A stretch of 64,000 bases of DNA from NCBI RefSeq assembly GCF_006345805.1, contig NC_042999.1, positions 21,886,001 through 21,950,000 on the forward strand, given 5' to 3'. Source of the stretch: Octopus sinensis (lineage: Eukaryota). Below the pieces are notes generated by a model that worked only from the letters and a program-made list of their open reading frames with translations, was not told the DNA's origin and searched no databases. The position numbers were made by a program, and so were the translations under genes. This document shows positions 25,423 through 38,530 of this stretch, piece after piece. Each line of letters starts with the position of its first letter. The first letter of the stretch is position 1.

Positions 25423-26260
25423 CCAGTGGTTCTCAACAGGGTCCAATATGGTCCCTGGGACTCCATATAAGATTGGGTGGGTCCACGTAACAAAATAGTA
25501 AATTAGAAACTCACAATAGTATTTTAAGGGTCCCTGAAAATCATGTTGCTTTAGATGTATGTATTGGTGTATAATGCAAGGAACAGCTAGGTTTCTTTCT
25601 CTTATATTTTACATTAGGCGCAGGAGTGGCTGTATTGTAAGTAGCTTGCTTACCAACCACATGGTTCCGGGTTCAGTCCTACTGCGTGGCACCTTGTGGT
25701 AAGTACCTTGCTTACCAGTCACATGGTTCCGGGTTCAGTCCTAATGCGTGGCACCTTGGGTAAGTGTCTTCTACTATAGCCTCGGGCCGACCAAAGCCTT
25801 CTGAGGGGATTTAGTAGACAGAAACTGAAAAAAGCCCGTTGTTTATATATATATGTATGTATGTGTGTGTATGTGTTTGTGTGTTTGTGTTTGTCCCCCC
25901 AACATCGCTTGACAACAGATGCTGGTGTGTTTACGTCCCCGTAAATTAGCGGTTCGGCAAAAGAGGCCGAGAGAATAAGTACTAGGCTTACAGAGAATAA
26001 GTCCCGGGGTCGATTTACTCGACTAAACGCGGTACTCCAGCATGGCCACAGTCAAATGACTGAAACAAGTAAAAGAGTAGAAATGAGAGAGTATATATTT
26101 AACCTACACAAGTTAATGTGTGCAAAACTAAATAGGAATTTTGAAAAAAGTATCTATAAAACTAGTTTTAAAACATCGAATGGCTATAGGAGTCCACTAC
26201 AGTAAAATAATAATAAAAGGGACCCATAGATTTTTAAAAATTGTTGAAAAACTCTAGAGA
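25423..26260. mobile_element. Possible hAT-like MITE containing a SINE B (25615-26085, with duplicated head)
   Basis: Starts CAGTGGTTCTCAAC; degenerate GTTGAAAAACTCTA at ~26245; internal sequence is repeated in degenerate form at 26390-26520. Confidence 0.45.
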
Positions 26261-26927
26261 TCAATAAAAGATAGAGACACACAGACTTAAAATCGTAGCC
26301 CCTATACTGGTACATTCTTTATGTGTCAGGGAATAAAAGTAAAATTTGATTTTAGCAGGATTAGAACTAAAACTTTAGAGTTATGGTTCGCATCACGGGT
26401 CCATGTAAGATTTTGGGGGTTCCATGCAAGCAAAATGGACCTACAGTATTTTAAGAGTCCATGTGAACATTTTGCTTTAGAAGTGGTTCATGCAAGAAAT
26501 AGCTAGGCTTCTTTCTCTAACGCTTAACATAAATAGTAAGGGTAAAAGATAAAGACCCCCTTCGGGCATGAATGACCACGGGATTGCACCTAGAAAGTTA
26601 CCCACCGAGGCACAAGTCCAGTCAAGGTAGTTTATGGAAGACCAGCAGTCACCCATGCATACCAGTCTCCTTTCTCCGCGCCGCCGAAGTTATCCAAGGG
26701 AAAGGCAAAGGGGCCGATACGGCTTGGCACTAGTGACGCCACAACTTATTTCTACAGCTGGGGGAAAGGGCCCTGCAGGGGTACTAAACCTGAAGCTACG
26801 TGGCTCCGATGCAAACTTCTTCAGCACAAAGCTATGTTTTTGCATGTTGATCTTTTTTTCAACATTTCACGGAACCAGATATTTTGAGACCGAATGCACT
26901 CGACAGAATCAGCATCAGTGTTCCACT

Positions 26928-27390
26928 GAAAGAGTCCAGAGGCTGGCTACCCGCATGGTTCATGGTCTCAAAAATTTGTCCTACGAAGAAAGGCTGAGGA
27001 CGCTCGACCTTTATTCTCTTGAAAAACGCCGCCGCCGTGGTGATCTCATTCTCGCCCACAACATTATAAGCGGAAAGTGTAACCTCTCAAAAGAGCTGTT
27101 CTTCACTCCTGCTCCAGAGCGTCGGCTGCGGGGTCATTCCGAAAAGCTCTACCTGCGACGATTTCATCTCAATCGAAGGAGAGGAGCTTTCTCCGTCCGG
27201 GTTGCGGATCCGTGGAACAAGCTGCCAGACGAGATGGTGAAGATGCCGACGACCGCTTTGTTCAAAGCCTCCCTGGACCTACAGTGGCCTGAACTCTTTA
27301 CATGAACACCACCCTGTACTTAACTCCATGTCCCCCTACATGGCCTTGCTATTTGCTTTTGATCCAAATTAACTAACTAACTAACTAACT
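26928..27390 (+). mobile_element. CR1 LINE 3' end (ORF2 C-terminus plus 3'UTR and (TAAC)n tail)
   Basis: ERVQRLATRMVHGLKNLSYEERLRTLDLYSLEKRRRRGDLI..FSVRVADPWNKLP, open for ~125 codons. Confidence 0.9.
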
Positions 27391-27598
27391 CGTACATATT
27401 TCAAGAGAAGGACTTTTCAGAGACACTAGGCCCGATTCGAACGCAGAACAGAAACAGAGGGGTGAAGTAAACGCTGCAATTTCTTTATATGTTCGGTACA
27501 AAAAGAACTTAGCTTTCCTATCGACTCCATGACAAAATAAAAAAATTATTCATTGATAAATATTATGGCATAGATGCAATTCGTTATTATCATCATTA

Positions 27599-27650
<52 letters not shown>

Positions 27651-27778
27651 TTGCTTCTTTCTCTGGAATTACTTTTCTGTTTTACTTCCCTTTTTATATT
27701 CCCTCTTTTGCTCCATGCAACTGGAATACTTGTAACATGTATGTATATGTATAAATATATACATACTCGTGCGTATAA

Positions 27779-27865
<87 letters not shown>

Positions 27866-27908
27866 AATATATATACATATATGTATACATATTTATATAT
27901 ATATGTAT

Positions 27909-27949
<41 letters not shown>

Positions 27950-27964
27950 TACATATATATACAG

Positions 27965-28025
<61 letters not shown>

Positions 28026-28567
28026 GTGCACATATATATCAATTCATGCGCAAACACACACACAAACACACTCACACACACACACAAGCAAACACATGCA
28101 GAAACGGAAGAAATACACGCACACACACAAATATCTATTTGCAACTTCAAGTAGTTTTTTGGCGTTCTTTCTTCCACACCGATTTTTTCTTTCCTGTTAT
28201 CTATTATTACCATTATTATTATTATTATTATTATTATCATTATTATTATTATTATTATTATTATTGTAGTTGTTTTTGTTGTTTTTGTTATTGTTGTTAT
28301 CATCTCCCATAACGTCGTCAGAGCGAGAAAATAATGGCCGTAAAAAGGTAAAAAGGAAAAAAATATGTTATGTGCGTCTACTAATAATTTGCAAACTTAC
28401 CTGCAACAAAGCACGCCAATAACCCTAAAGAAGAGAGAAATATCATGATGCAATGTGTGTGGACTGAATGCAAGAAACGTCATATATAGAAATATGTGCG
28501 TGTGTGTGTATGTGTGTGTGTATTTACATATATCATGTATATATATATATATATATATATACATGTT

Positions 28568-28646
<79 letters not shown>

Positions 28647-28647
28647 A

Positions 28648-28691
<44 letters not shown>

Positions 28692-28833
28692 TATATATAT
28701 ATACATATATATACATGATATATGTAAACACACACACCATACACACACACGCACATATTTCTATATATGACGTTTCTTGCATTCAGTCCACACACATTGG
28801 CATCATGATAGAAACATATATATTATATATATA

Positions 28834-28896
<63 letters not shown>

Positions 28897-28965
28897 CTTA
28901 TATATATTATATTTATATATATATATTATATATATATCTTTGGTTGAAACATAATTTATCTAAGT

Positions 28966-29009
<44 letters not shown>

Positions 29010-29036
29010 TTTATATATGTATATATATATGTATTA

Positions 29037-29073
<37 letters not shown>

Positions 29074-29282
29074 GTATACATACATATGTGTGTATACATA
29101 CGCATAAATATTTATATATAACATACATCTTATATATATATATATATGTGTGTGTTGGTGTATGTAACATACGTACATACATTCACACATATATGTATCC
29201 AAACATATATATACATGCAAATATACTTATCCATATATATGTTATACGTGTGCCTGTGTTTGTCTGTGTATGTATGTATTTG

Positions 29283-29320
<38 letters not shown>

Positions 29321-30282
29321 CTAAACATATCTACAATATACGTACGCGCATGCGTTATGTGTGTGTTCTGTGTGTATGTGCGTGTGTGTGTGTGTGTGTG
29401 TGGATGTGTGTGCGTGTGAACCTATATGGGTTATCAGATATGAGCACGTTCTTAAATTATCAATGAGAATATACCATATGATTGTTTCAAAGAATTGTCA
29501 GTGCAATTATCAGATTAGATTTAGATAAATGCTGTGTATATATATTTTTTTTATGTATCTCAACGGTTATAATTGAAATGCCGAATATCCCTATAACGCT
29601 GCGTACTGTATGTGTGTTAGGTTTTGTAAAAAAATATACCTACATATTCCTTAGAATACTCTCATGTATATGTATACGAGTGTGTGAGTGTGTGAGGGGG
29701 AGAGAGCGAGAGAGAAAGAGAGAGGAATGGATAGAGTTGTTTGTGTGTGGGGGGGCAAGAATCATATATATACACATCTATATGCATGCACACATATATG
29801 TACATATGTTTCCAAGAAATGTTGTATTGGTGGCAATGAAACAATCTTAACGTCTTTTCATGCTAGAAACAGCAGCTAAAAAATCGTTAAAAGTAATTGC
29901 ACATGTGTCGGCGTGAGCATATGGATACAAGGGCCACATGTATAGAGGGATATAAAGTCAGAGAGAGGGGGAGTGTTGAGGAGAGAGAAATATGCATACA
30001 TGTACGCATATATATATAGATGTATTCTATAATGATCGTGCTGTATTGAGAGGCAAAGAAGTTTTTCCATGTAGTCACACGATATGCTAGAAATGGTAGC
30101 CAAAACGCATTAATATTACACACAAAACTGTTGTTTCCCAGAAGGGTCTCAAAGAGAGAGAGAGAGATGGACAGATGAGTTTAAAATAGATTTAGAATAG
30201 AGAGGGCTTGCCGTTGATGTGATCATGATTGGCGACGAAATGACTTTAACAAACCTATCTGATTGATTTATTAAACCCTTAC

Positions 30283-30560
30283 TACTTGTACTTGTGGCGA
30301 CATTCACTCTGGGCGGGTTGAGTCGGCTTCTTCTACCATCCTCGAGGCATCTCGAACCATGGCAGCCCCCGCACGACGGTCCTGCGACACTTCACTGGAG
30401 ATAGCGAGAGCCAGTCACGGTTCCATCGGCGCAGGCCGACCACCTGCGGTCCCGTGAGCATGGAGAGGTCCTCCTTGATCGTAGTAACCCAGGGCTTCAG
30501 CTGCTGCCCGCATGCGCCGTTTCCGCCAGTTGGGAAGTGGAGTTGGGAGAAGGACATCAC
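30283..30560 (-). mobile_element. RTE LINE 3' end
   Basis: GGNGACGQQLKPWVTTIKEDLSMLTGPQVVGLRRWNRDWLSLS; tail GCCACAAGTACAAGTA. Confidence 0.8.
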
Positions 30561-30733
30561 GGCTCAGTCGTGATTGACTAAACCATTAAACAAACATTCG
30601 ATTATGTAATTGTGTAAATAGTAATCCGACAGACGAATATAAATAAAGAAGTGAAATAAAACCTATACGTGTTTTTTTATTATGATTCACCACACGAGTT
30701 CATACAGTTCTATATTTAAGAAATGAGGAATTT

Positions 30734-31550
30734 TGTACATTATTTACATTATTTACATTTGACTTTGCAAATATCTCCTTCCAGTAAAACCATCAATAGA
30801 AGAGAATATGACCAAGGTCTGTTGCCTTTCATCCTTTCGGGGTCGATAAATAAAGTACCAGTTACGCACTGGGGTCGATGTAATCGACTTAATCCGTTTG
30901 TCTGTCCTTGTTTGTCCCCTCTATGTTTAGCCCCCTGTGGGCAATAAAGAAATATATACTTCATCCGATGCAGCTGTGGTAGGTTATACAAAGAAGAAAC
31001 ATGTCGTCCCATCAAAATAAGGGTAGATGAACATCGCAAAGCTGTGACACGAGGAGATGTTGATAAATCGGGTATAGCTGATCATGTGTGGAAAAATAGA
31101 GTACACCTCTCTCGTGGGATGAAGTTAAAATAATAGACAGAGACGACCAGTGGAAAATACGAAAACTAAAAGAAGCAGCACATATGCTAGGACACAACAA
31201 CCTCCTAAGCAGACCGAGTGCATATATGAACAGCATATGGGAACCGGAATTAAGGAAGGATAGGAAAATATTAGATTTATAAACCCTAAAAGTCACTTCA
31301 TAATTGTCCACGGGTATATGGCGTAGTGGTTAAGAGCGCGGGCTACTAGCCCCAAGATTCCGAGCTCCTGAATAAGAAGAAGAAGAAGGAGGAGGAGAAT
31401 AAGAACATCGAAAAATACCTTAGAAATGAGAACCCAGGTTCGAAATTTACCCAATCAGCCGAAACGTTGTGTTAACAAGAAACAAGATGAGGATAAATAT
31501 TCGTCAAACGTAAATAATGTAAATAATGTAAATAATGTAAATAATGTACA
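30734..31550 (+). mobile_element. Second Penelope-like GIY-YIG remnant, with a SINE C fragment inserted (30820-30955)
   Basis: Same family as 23040 (..WDEVKIIDRDDQWKIRKLKEAAHMLGHNNLLSRPSA..); ends in (GTAAATAAT)n TGTACA with a short inverted copy at the left end. Confidence 0.85.
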
Positions 31551-32429
31551 CTAGTTCATATCAAGGGTGTTGGAAGCTAAATACAAAAACCAGGTATAAC
31601 ACCTTACAGCCCGGAACATAGAGTGTGATATGCTGTCCCTCGGCAGTTTCTTCTAATATGTTGTGCTGCTCTCCAACAAAGCTTTCAGTAATGTTCAAGA
31701 ATATATTATGACACATTTTTTGATCCATGCTGAGATAAATAATCCATGTCTGGAAATGGATATTTGGTCTCTTTGGAACTCAAATTGCCTTCTAGAAACA
31801 GCGGTGGTTCTGCTGAAGCTGCAAATGCAGCTATTATCTAATCCTTCAGTCTGCCCTACCAGAAAAAAGAAACTTGTATTGGGAAGTTTATGTTTAGTCA
31901 TGTTTAGGCCATAATTTTTGTGGCCTCACCTTTATTTTTTATGACCAATGCTCACTACAGATTTATTTTTATAGGCGATTATCTGTTATACGTTGAGTGA
32001 CTCATAAAAATTGCTTCGCTGGTTCGGGAAGTGTAATATTTATATCAGATGCTGATGATCCAATACATTCGTTATATGGCAAGCACAGATAAAAATCAAT
32101 AGTCGAAGGATCAGCTACGAATCTCTCCAACCCTTATTTATTGGTAACACAAAGACCCTTTTAGACTTGTTCGCAAACATGTCGCCGTTAAATCAAAGAC
32201 AAAGGAGCTAACGCAAACGGGCTCTTTGAGAGCTTTGGAAGGAAAGTGAGCATGACCGTGGATTTATCGTATGCGAGTTCCAAATTATCAGGTTTTTCTT
32301 TGTTTGCTTTTTTTTTAATGACATACTCTATAATATTACCAGAATATAGGCTGGTGTTTAGGGGCTGATTATCTACAGGGGAAACTTTTCTACAAAGAAA
32401 TAACAGACGGTATCATTCATTTGCTATAA

Positions 32430-33185
32430 GGCGGCGAGCTGGCAGAAACGTTAGCACGCTGGGGCGAAATGCTTCGCGGTATTTCGTCTGCCGCTACGTT
32501 CTGAGTTCAAATTCCGCCGAGGTCGACTTTGCCGTTCATCCATCCGGGGTCGATTAAATAAGTACCAGTTACGTACTGGGGTCGATATAATCGACTTAAT
32601 CCGTTTGTCTGTCCTTGTTTGACACCTCTGAGTTTAGCCCCTTGTGGGTAATAAAGAAATAGGTATTTCGTCTGCCGCTACGTTCTGAGTTCAAATTCCG
32701 CCGAGGTCGACTTTGCCGTTCATCCATCCGGGGTCGATTAAATAAGTACCAGTTACGTACTGGGGTCGATATAATCGACTTAATCCGTTTGTCTGTCCTT
32801 GTTTGACACCTCTGAGTTTAGCCCCTTGTGGGTAATAAAGAAATAGGTATTTCGTCTGCCGCTACGTTCTGAGTTCAAATTCCGCCGAGGTCGACTTTGC
32901 CGTTCATCCATCCGGGGTCGATTAAATAAGTACCAGTTACGTACTGGGGTCGATATAATCGACTTAATCCGTTTGTCTGTCCTTGTTTGACACCTCTGAG
33001 TTTAGCCCCTTGTGGGTAATAAAGAAATAGGTATTTCGTCTGCCGCTACGTTCTGTGTTCAAATTCCGCCGAGGTCGACTTTACTTTTCATTCTTTCGGA
33101 GTCGATATAATCGACTTAATCCGTTTGTCTGTCCTTGTTTGTCCCCTCTGTGTTTAGCCTCTTGTGGGTAGTAAAGAAATAGGTA
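32430..33185 (+). repeat. SINE C head followed by 184-bp tandem units (3 identical plus 1 diverged)
   Basis: GTATTTCGTCTGCCGCTACG starts at 32479, 32663, 32847 and 33031. Confidence 0.92.
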
Positions 33186-33872
33186 TCATTCTTTTGCTAT
33201 GTCACTGAGTGTGCAGTACAGTTAAGTTCCATAACAGGTCTACGTCCGTTCATCAAAAAAGTTAGTTTATAATATTTTGCCATATTTTTTTGCGAAGTTA
33301 TTGTTACTTGTCAATTCTTTTTCAATTTTGCAATATGTTTTCTTTTCACCTGAATGCCTGATTGTATCTATGCTTTACTTGCTTATAAACTTTCCTTTCG
33401 TTTCTCCTGAGTATTCCTCTTTTTCGATTGATTGAAGAGATAATGCGTTCTTTTTCGAGTATTTTTACAGTTGCCATTCAACCAATCTTTATTACCTGCC
33501 TTTTTTGTTTTTAAATTTCTTCCTTTTTTTCTATTCCTCTGAATAGGATGAAAATGTACATGGCTTTGTATATAGTTGCAGTAAAAACTAATGTCCTACC
33601 CTGTTTTAATTTTACAGTTCATAAAGTAATGATGACGCAGTGAGCTCAATCGAGGATGTTGTTTCCAGAAAGATCTATTTTACCGTATAATCATATGGGC
33701 GGACCAACGTGTTTAATGTAATGAGCCACAAAAAATATATTAATTAAACATAATTACACGCGTAATGTAGAGAAAAGTTATGAACTTGGATGGTTAATAC
33801 TGGTTAGGAAAGGAGAGGAAGAGAGCTACTAAATCCAAATTATTTCAAGTTAAATTTGATATATATAAAGTG

Positions 33873-34178
33873 TGGAGACGCAATGGCCCAGTGGTTTTGG
33901 CAGCAGACTCGCGGTTGTAGGATCGTGGTTTCGATTCCGGGCATTTGAGTGTTTATCGAACGAAAACACCTAAAAGCTCCACGAGGCTCCGGCAGGGCGT
34001 GGTGGCGATCCCTGCTGTACTCTTTCGCCACAACTTTCTCTCACTCTTTCTTCTGCTGGTCTGCTCGCTTAGCCAGCGGCGTGGGGTCACTTGAAGGCTA
34101 AAACAATGCAAAGCGCATTGTGACCAGCGATGTGTAGCAACATCTGATAGCCTGGTCAGTCACGGTGATCACTGTTAT
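33873..34178 (+). mobile_element. SINE family A, tail 2
   Basis: Matches 1692-2000. Confidence 0.85.
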
Positions 34179-34239
34179 ATATAAAGTATAAAGTGGTGAG
34201 TCGTATATCTTGCGTGTAGTCACAAATACAAACTTGTTT

Positions 34240-36230
34240 CAATGTTATCAGATCTCCACCGCGAAGAACAGTTTAACAAGTACTAACCAGGTAATAGATG
34301 ATTGAGTTATATATAAGTTATATATAAATGATTTGACAAGGTTTTACACTGTAGCATATGGTCGATTCAAACAGCCTTTGAACGTCGCATTGTATCATTC
34401 AAACAACACCTGCGGAACCGTAAAGAAGAAATGAGTACATTCCATGCATACTCAAAAGTAAAAAGAACAACATATTCGGAGTTGGAGAACCACTGTGCAG
34501 ATGCTTTGAGATTATAAGTGTCTCATGCAACTCAAAGGAGGATAACTAGAAGCTTGGAGAAGAACACGCTTCATAGCAGCAAAATGCAACGCGTGTGTAT
34601 ATATACCGTAAACCAGATGATAACAACGACATCACAGGAGGTGTAGCCTCTCCTGGACATGTGATAGATACATTACATCTCACCTAGAAGTATATCTCTT
34701 CGCTAAGCAGGAAAAGTAGATTGCTACTAATTATCTGATGAACAAGACAGACAAAGATAACGCTAAACTTCCACATTGTGATAATAAAAAAAACAATGTT
34801 GGCTCTTCTATCAGATCATCCCATGAGTTCTGTCCGAATTTTGAATAAAGAAAACAAGTGATCAAATGTTATATTTAGTGGAAATGTAATCATCAATGTA
34901 CTTTACCCGATTATCTATGATTTTCTTCCATCTATTTACAAGCTTTTTAATCCCATCAATGTAAAACTCTTTTGGTTTCAAAGCGAAGAACTCTGAAATG
35001 TCAGTTTCGACTTCCTCCTGTCTTGCGAAAGTTATGTCCCCCAAATAATTCTGTAAACTATGAAACAAATGTTATCCTGAAGGAGCAAGGTGGGGAGAAT
35101 GAGGCGGATGAAGAATCTTTTACCAACCAGGCTCTTCGATCTTCTGTGATGGGATCTTTGCTGTATGGAGTCCCGCATTGTCCTGATGAAACACCACTCC
35201 TTTTCCATTAACAAAAGCGGGATATTTTCTTCGTAGATTGGTTCTAACGAACTAGTTGCTGACAGTAGACTTGAGCATTGATTGTTGCATTAGATGGTAA
35301 CAATTCAAAGTGAATTACTCCTTTGCAATCCCACCAGATAGAGAGAAGAGCCTTTTTCCCATGAAGTTCCCTTCTCGGTTGTGATTCAGCTTTTTCCCTG
35401 TTATAAAGCCACTGTTTACGACGTTTAACATTTCAATAGAAGATCCATTTTTCGTCACCTCACCAGTCACAAGTCTATCCAAAAAGGGTGAAATGAGTTC
35501 GCGAGAATGAAGAGAAGAGCAGATGTCAACTCGGGATTTGCGGTTGCTTTCGGACAATTCATAAGGCACACATTTTCCAAGTTGTTGAAGATGACGATGA
35601 ACAGTTATATGGTTTGAACCTAGCTTTATTGCCAATTCTTCAACTAATAATGCAGGATTTTCTTCAAGTGATGCCTCAAGGAGCTTATCATCAAACTCGA
35701 CTGGACGTCCTTTTCGATCTTCATCTTCAAGGCTGAAATCTCCAGTTCTGAATTAAAGAAATTTTAATTCTAGTATTCTGTAAAATAATATTTAAGTAGT
35801 TTAAATCTACACAAAATGCATAAAAATAATTTTTAATTCTATTAGACATTCTAAAATACTATTAAATTTCATTCAATTTTAAAAAAGGGAAAATCGAACA
35901 AAATTCATGGGATGACCTGATATACCAGTTTCGAAGATATCAAACTCATCAACAGCAGCTACCTCAAAATGTCTACGAGATATTACCAGTCTATGATGCA
36001 TGATGTAGATGCTAAAACTATTTACAATTCTATCCACAGCAAGGATTGCACTGATGTATACATCAAAGGCAAATGAGAACCAGCGTGTACATGTAACCTG
36101 AAAAATACGAAAACACTGATGGAACAATTCAATAACAAAAAGAACAGGAATCCAGTACAAATATAACAGACCTGATATTGTTCTGTGGAACAAGGAACGA
36201 AAGTCATTCACTGTTGTAGGGGTCAGCTAC
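34240..36230 (+). mobile_element. Degraded RLE-type (NeSL/R4-like) non-LTR retrotransposon split by a mariner
   Basis: Left of the mariner: SIQTAFERRIVSFKQHL, YITSHLEVYLFAKQE, IATNYLMNKTDKDNAKLPHCDNK. Right: FEDIKLINSSYLKMSTRYYQSMMHDVDAKTIYNSI and YNRPDIVLWNKERK (zinc knuckle plus RLE motifs). Confidence 0.8.
34811..35920 (-). mobile_element. Full-length but inactivated mariner transposon (1110 bp) with TA TSD
   Basis: TIRs TCAGATCATCCCATGAGTTCTGTCCGA and reverse complement TCAGGTCATCCCATGAATTTTGTTCGA; TA at 34809-10 and 35921-22. Motifs GDEKWIFY, FHQDNAGLH, HPPHSPHLAPSG* (third Asp lost), with frameshifts. Confidence 0.92.
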
Positions 36231-36670
36231 AGGAAAATTGAATATTTTTTAGAAATCTCTGAACTCAAAGAGGCGTATCGGTTTGTTACAAACCGGATTG
36301 AACTCTCCGAAGGATGTAAATACTACACAATAATACACACATAATTATACATACATAATTATGTGTATATGTATGCATGAGTATGTATGTATGTATGTAT
36401 GTATGTATGTTTGTATGTGTGTGTGTATATATACATACATGCACACGTATATGCATATTTACACACATACATAAGTAAATACAGGCACGAACGCATTCAT
36501 AAATACATCCTTACATATACATATATACATATATACATACATACATACATACATACCTACATACATACATGCATGAATTCATAAATACATCCTTACATAT
36601 ACATATATACATATATACATACATACATACATACATACATACATACATACACCCATACATACATACGTAC

Positions 36671-36701
<31 letters not shown>

Positions 36702-37326
36702 CATACATACATACATACATACATACATACATACATACATACATACATTCAGATATACATACATATATACATACATACATACATACATACATACATACAT
36801 ACATACATTCAGATATACATACATACATACATACATACATACATACATACATACATACATACATACATACATACATACATACATACATACTCATGTTCTC
36901 ACAAAGATTGAGGGGGAAGTGACATAGGAAACATCGCTACAGAACTTTTTTACTGAAGATATAAATTTATATTCAGTATGTATGCACTTAGCGCTATCTG
37001 AATTCCTGGTTCAACTTTTATAATGTATGAATATATGCATGTACACACATACACACTCACGAACATACACACCTACACATATACATGTGTGTGCCCGCGT
37101 GTGACAAAAGAAAAGGAACTACGTAATAACCTTCAGTCATTAGCACCTGTTTCGTTTACAGGTGAGCGCGCAGCCAGGATATCAGAATATGCCTACATAC
37201 ACACATACAAACATGTATACATGATTACATACACACACGCAGATATGTATATATATATACATATATACATAAACAATGAAAGAGAGTGATAGATAATAAC
37301 TACATACATATATCTATGAATATATG

Positions 37327-37357
<31 letters not shown>

Positions 37358-38140
37358 TCATATAAATAATATATAAATATATGCATATATGCATATGTAT
37401 ATGTACATACTTACATATATATGTATATATACAAGCATATATGTGTACATGACATCAAACAACGTTAAACACAATGAGAAACGAAAGCATAGAAACGAAC
37501 ATTTTTAGGGAGCAACGAAAAAAGCAAACAGAGAAACGAGACATACAACATAAAGAATATTCCCCTTCTTCAGTTGTCCCCTGTTTCATCTACTCCGCGT
37601 TCGAAGGTAAGGACAATACGAGACTTCGTTGAAACGGACCTTCCCGCAAAGCAAATTAAATAAAATTTGGGATTTTTTGCGGAGAGTGAAAGTGGTAACA
37701 AGAACAGGACAGTGAGAATAAAACAGTAAAAACAAACGGTGAGGGCTGTTAAGCCAAGACGATAGAAAAATTATTATGAACGCTAGGAAGAGGAGCATAT
37801 GAGAGAAGACAATATAGGCAGGTGTTGTCTTTAAGAAGGTAATGGGCAGTAAAATAGATTCTCTTTCGTCATGCGTCAGCGACGAGAGAGTCGAGGAGGA
37901 GGAGTGAGTGAGAGGGAACGGTGAAGAGGACAGAAGAATAGGGAAGGGTGGGAGAGAAAACCAGAGAGGATGAAGAACAACAGAGGGAGAGAGATAGACA
38001 TAGAAGAGATAGTAGAGATAGAAGAGTGCGCATCGTAATTAAGATAAAACTCATTTGGAAAAGGATGCGTGGCCTTCGATCATATAATAATATAAATTAT
38101 ATATATATATGTGTGTGTGTGTATATATATATATATTATA

Positions 38141-38203
<63 letters not shown>

Positions 38204-38404
38204 AATATATATATATACTTATCTATATATACATGCATACCAAGAAAACGGAGAATACATACAGAGAACAATCAATTCAGTCATTATCATAGTTCAGTCG
38301 AATTAATGAATATATTTAGAATAAGAAGAAAATTGAGAAAACTTTTCATCAACAAACAAACAAATTGACCAACTTCGGTTAATTATTTTTAAATGCAAAA
38401 CTTA

Positions 38405-38530
38405 ACATTGCTTACGGCCGTTTCGGCTACCAATGTCAGTCGGTGCCTACAAAGAAAATACTGAAAATAATATTCGTCATCTTTATAGCGCATTCTCGAT
38501 CTAGTACATAGAGCTTCATCAGTGTGAATA
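38405..38530 (-). ncRNA. Degenerate hammerhead-like motif
   Basis: Minus strand reads CTGATGA AGCT..(~85 nt)..AGCC GAAAC GGCC GTA. Palindromic stem III ACGGCCGT, but stem I does not pair. Confidence 0.35.

Noticed and set aside
26634-27305. 223-aa ORF as a host gene
   Set aside because: Chance fusion of a SINE tail fragment with a CR1 ORF2 C-terminus.
32051-32115. CTGATGA as a hammerhead core
   Set aside because: No GAAA or stem III follows; only a short GCTGAT..ATCAGC inverted repeat. CTGATGAAAC in the mariner (~35182) and Helitron (~61793) also lack the flanking stems.
33270-33540. Possible LINE ORF2 linker relic (minus strand, K-rich, DWLNGNC)
   Set aside because: Too degenerate to assign without a search.
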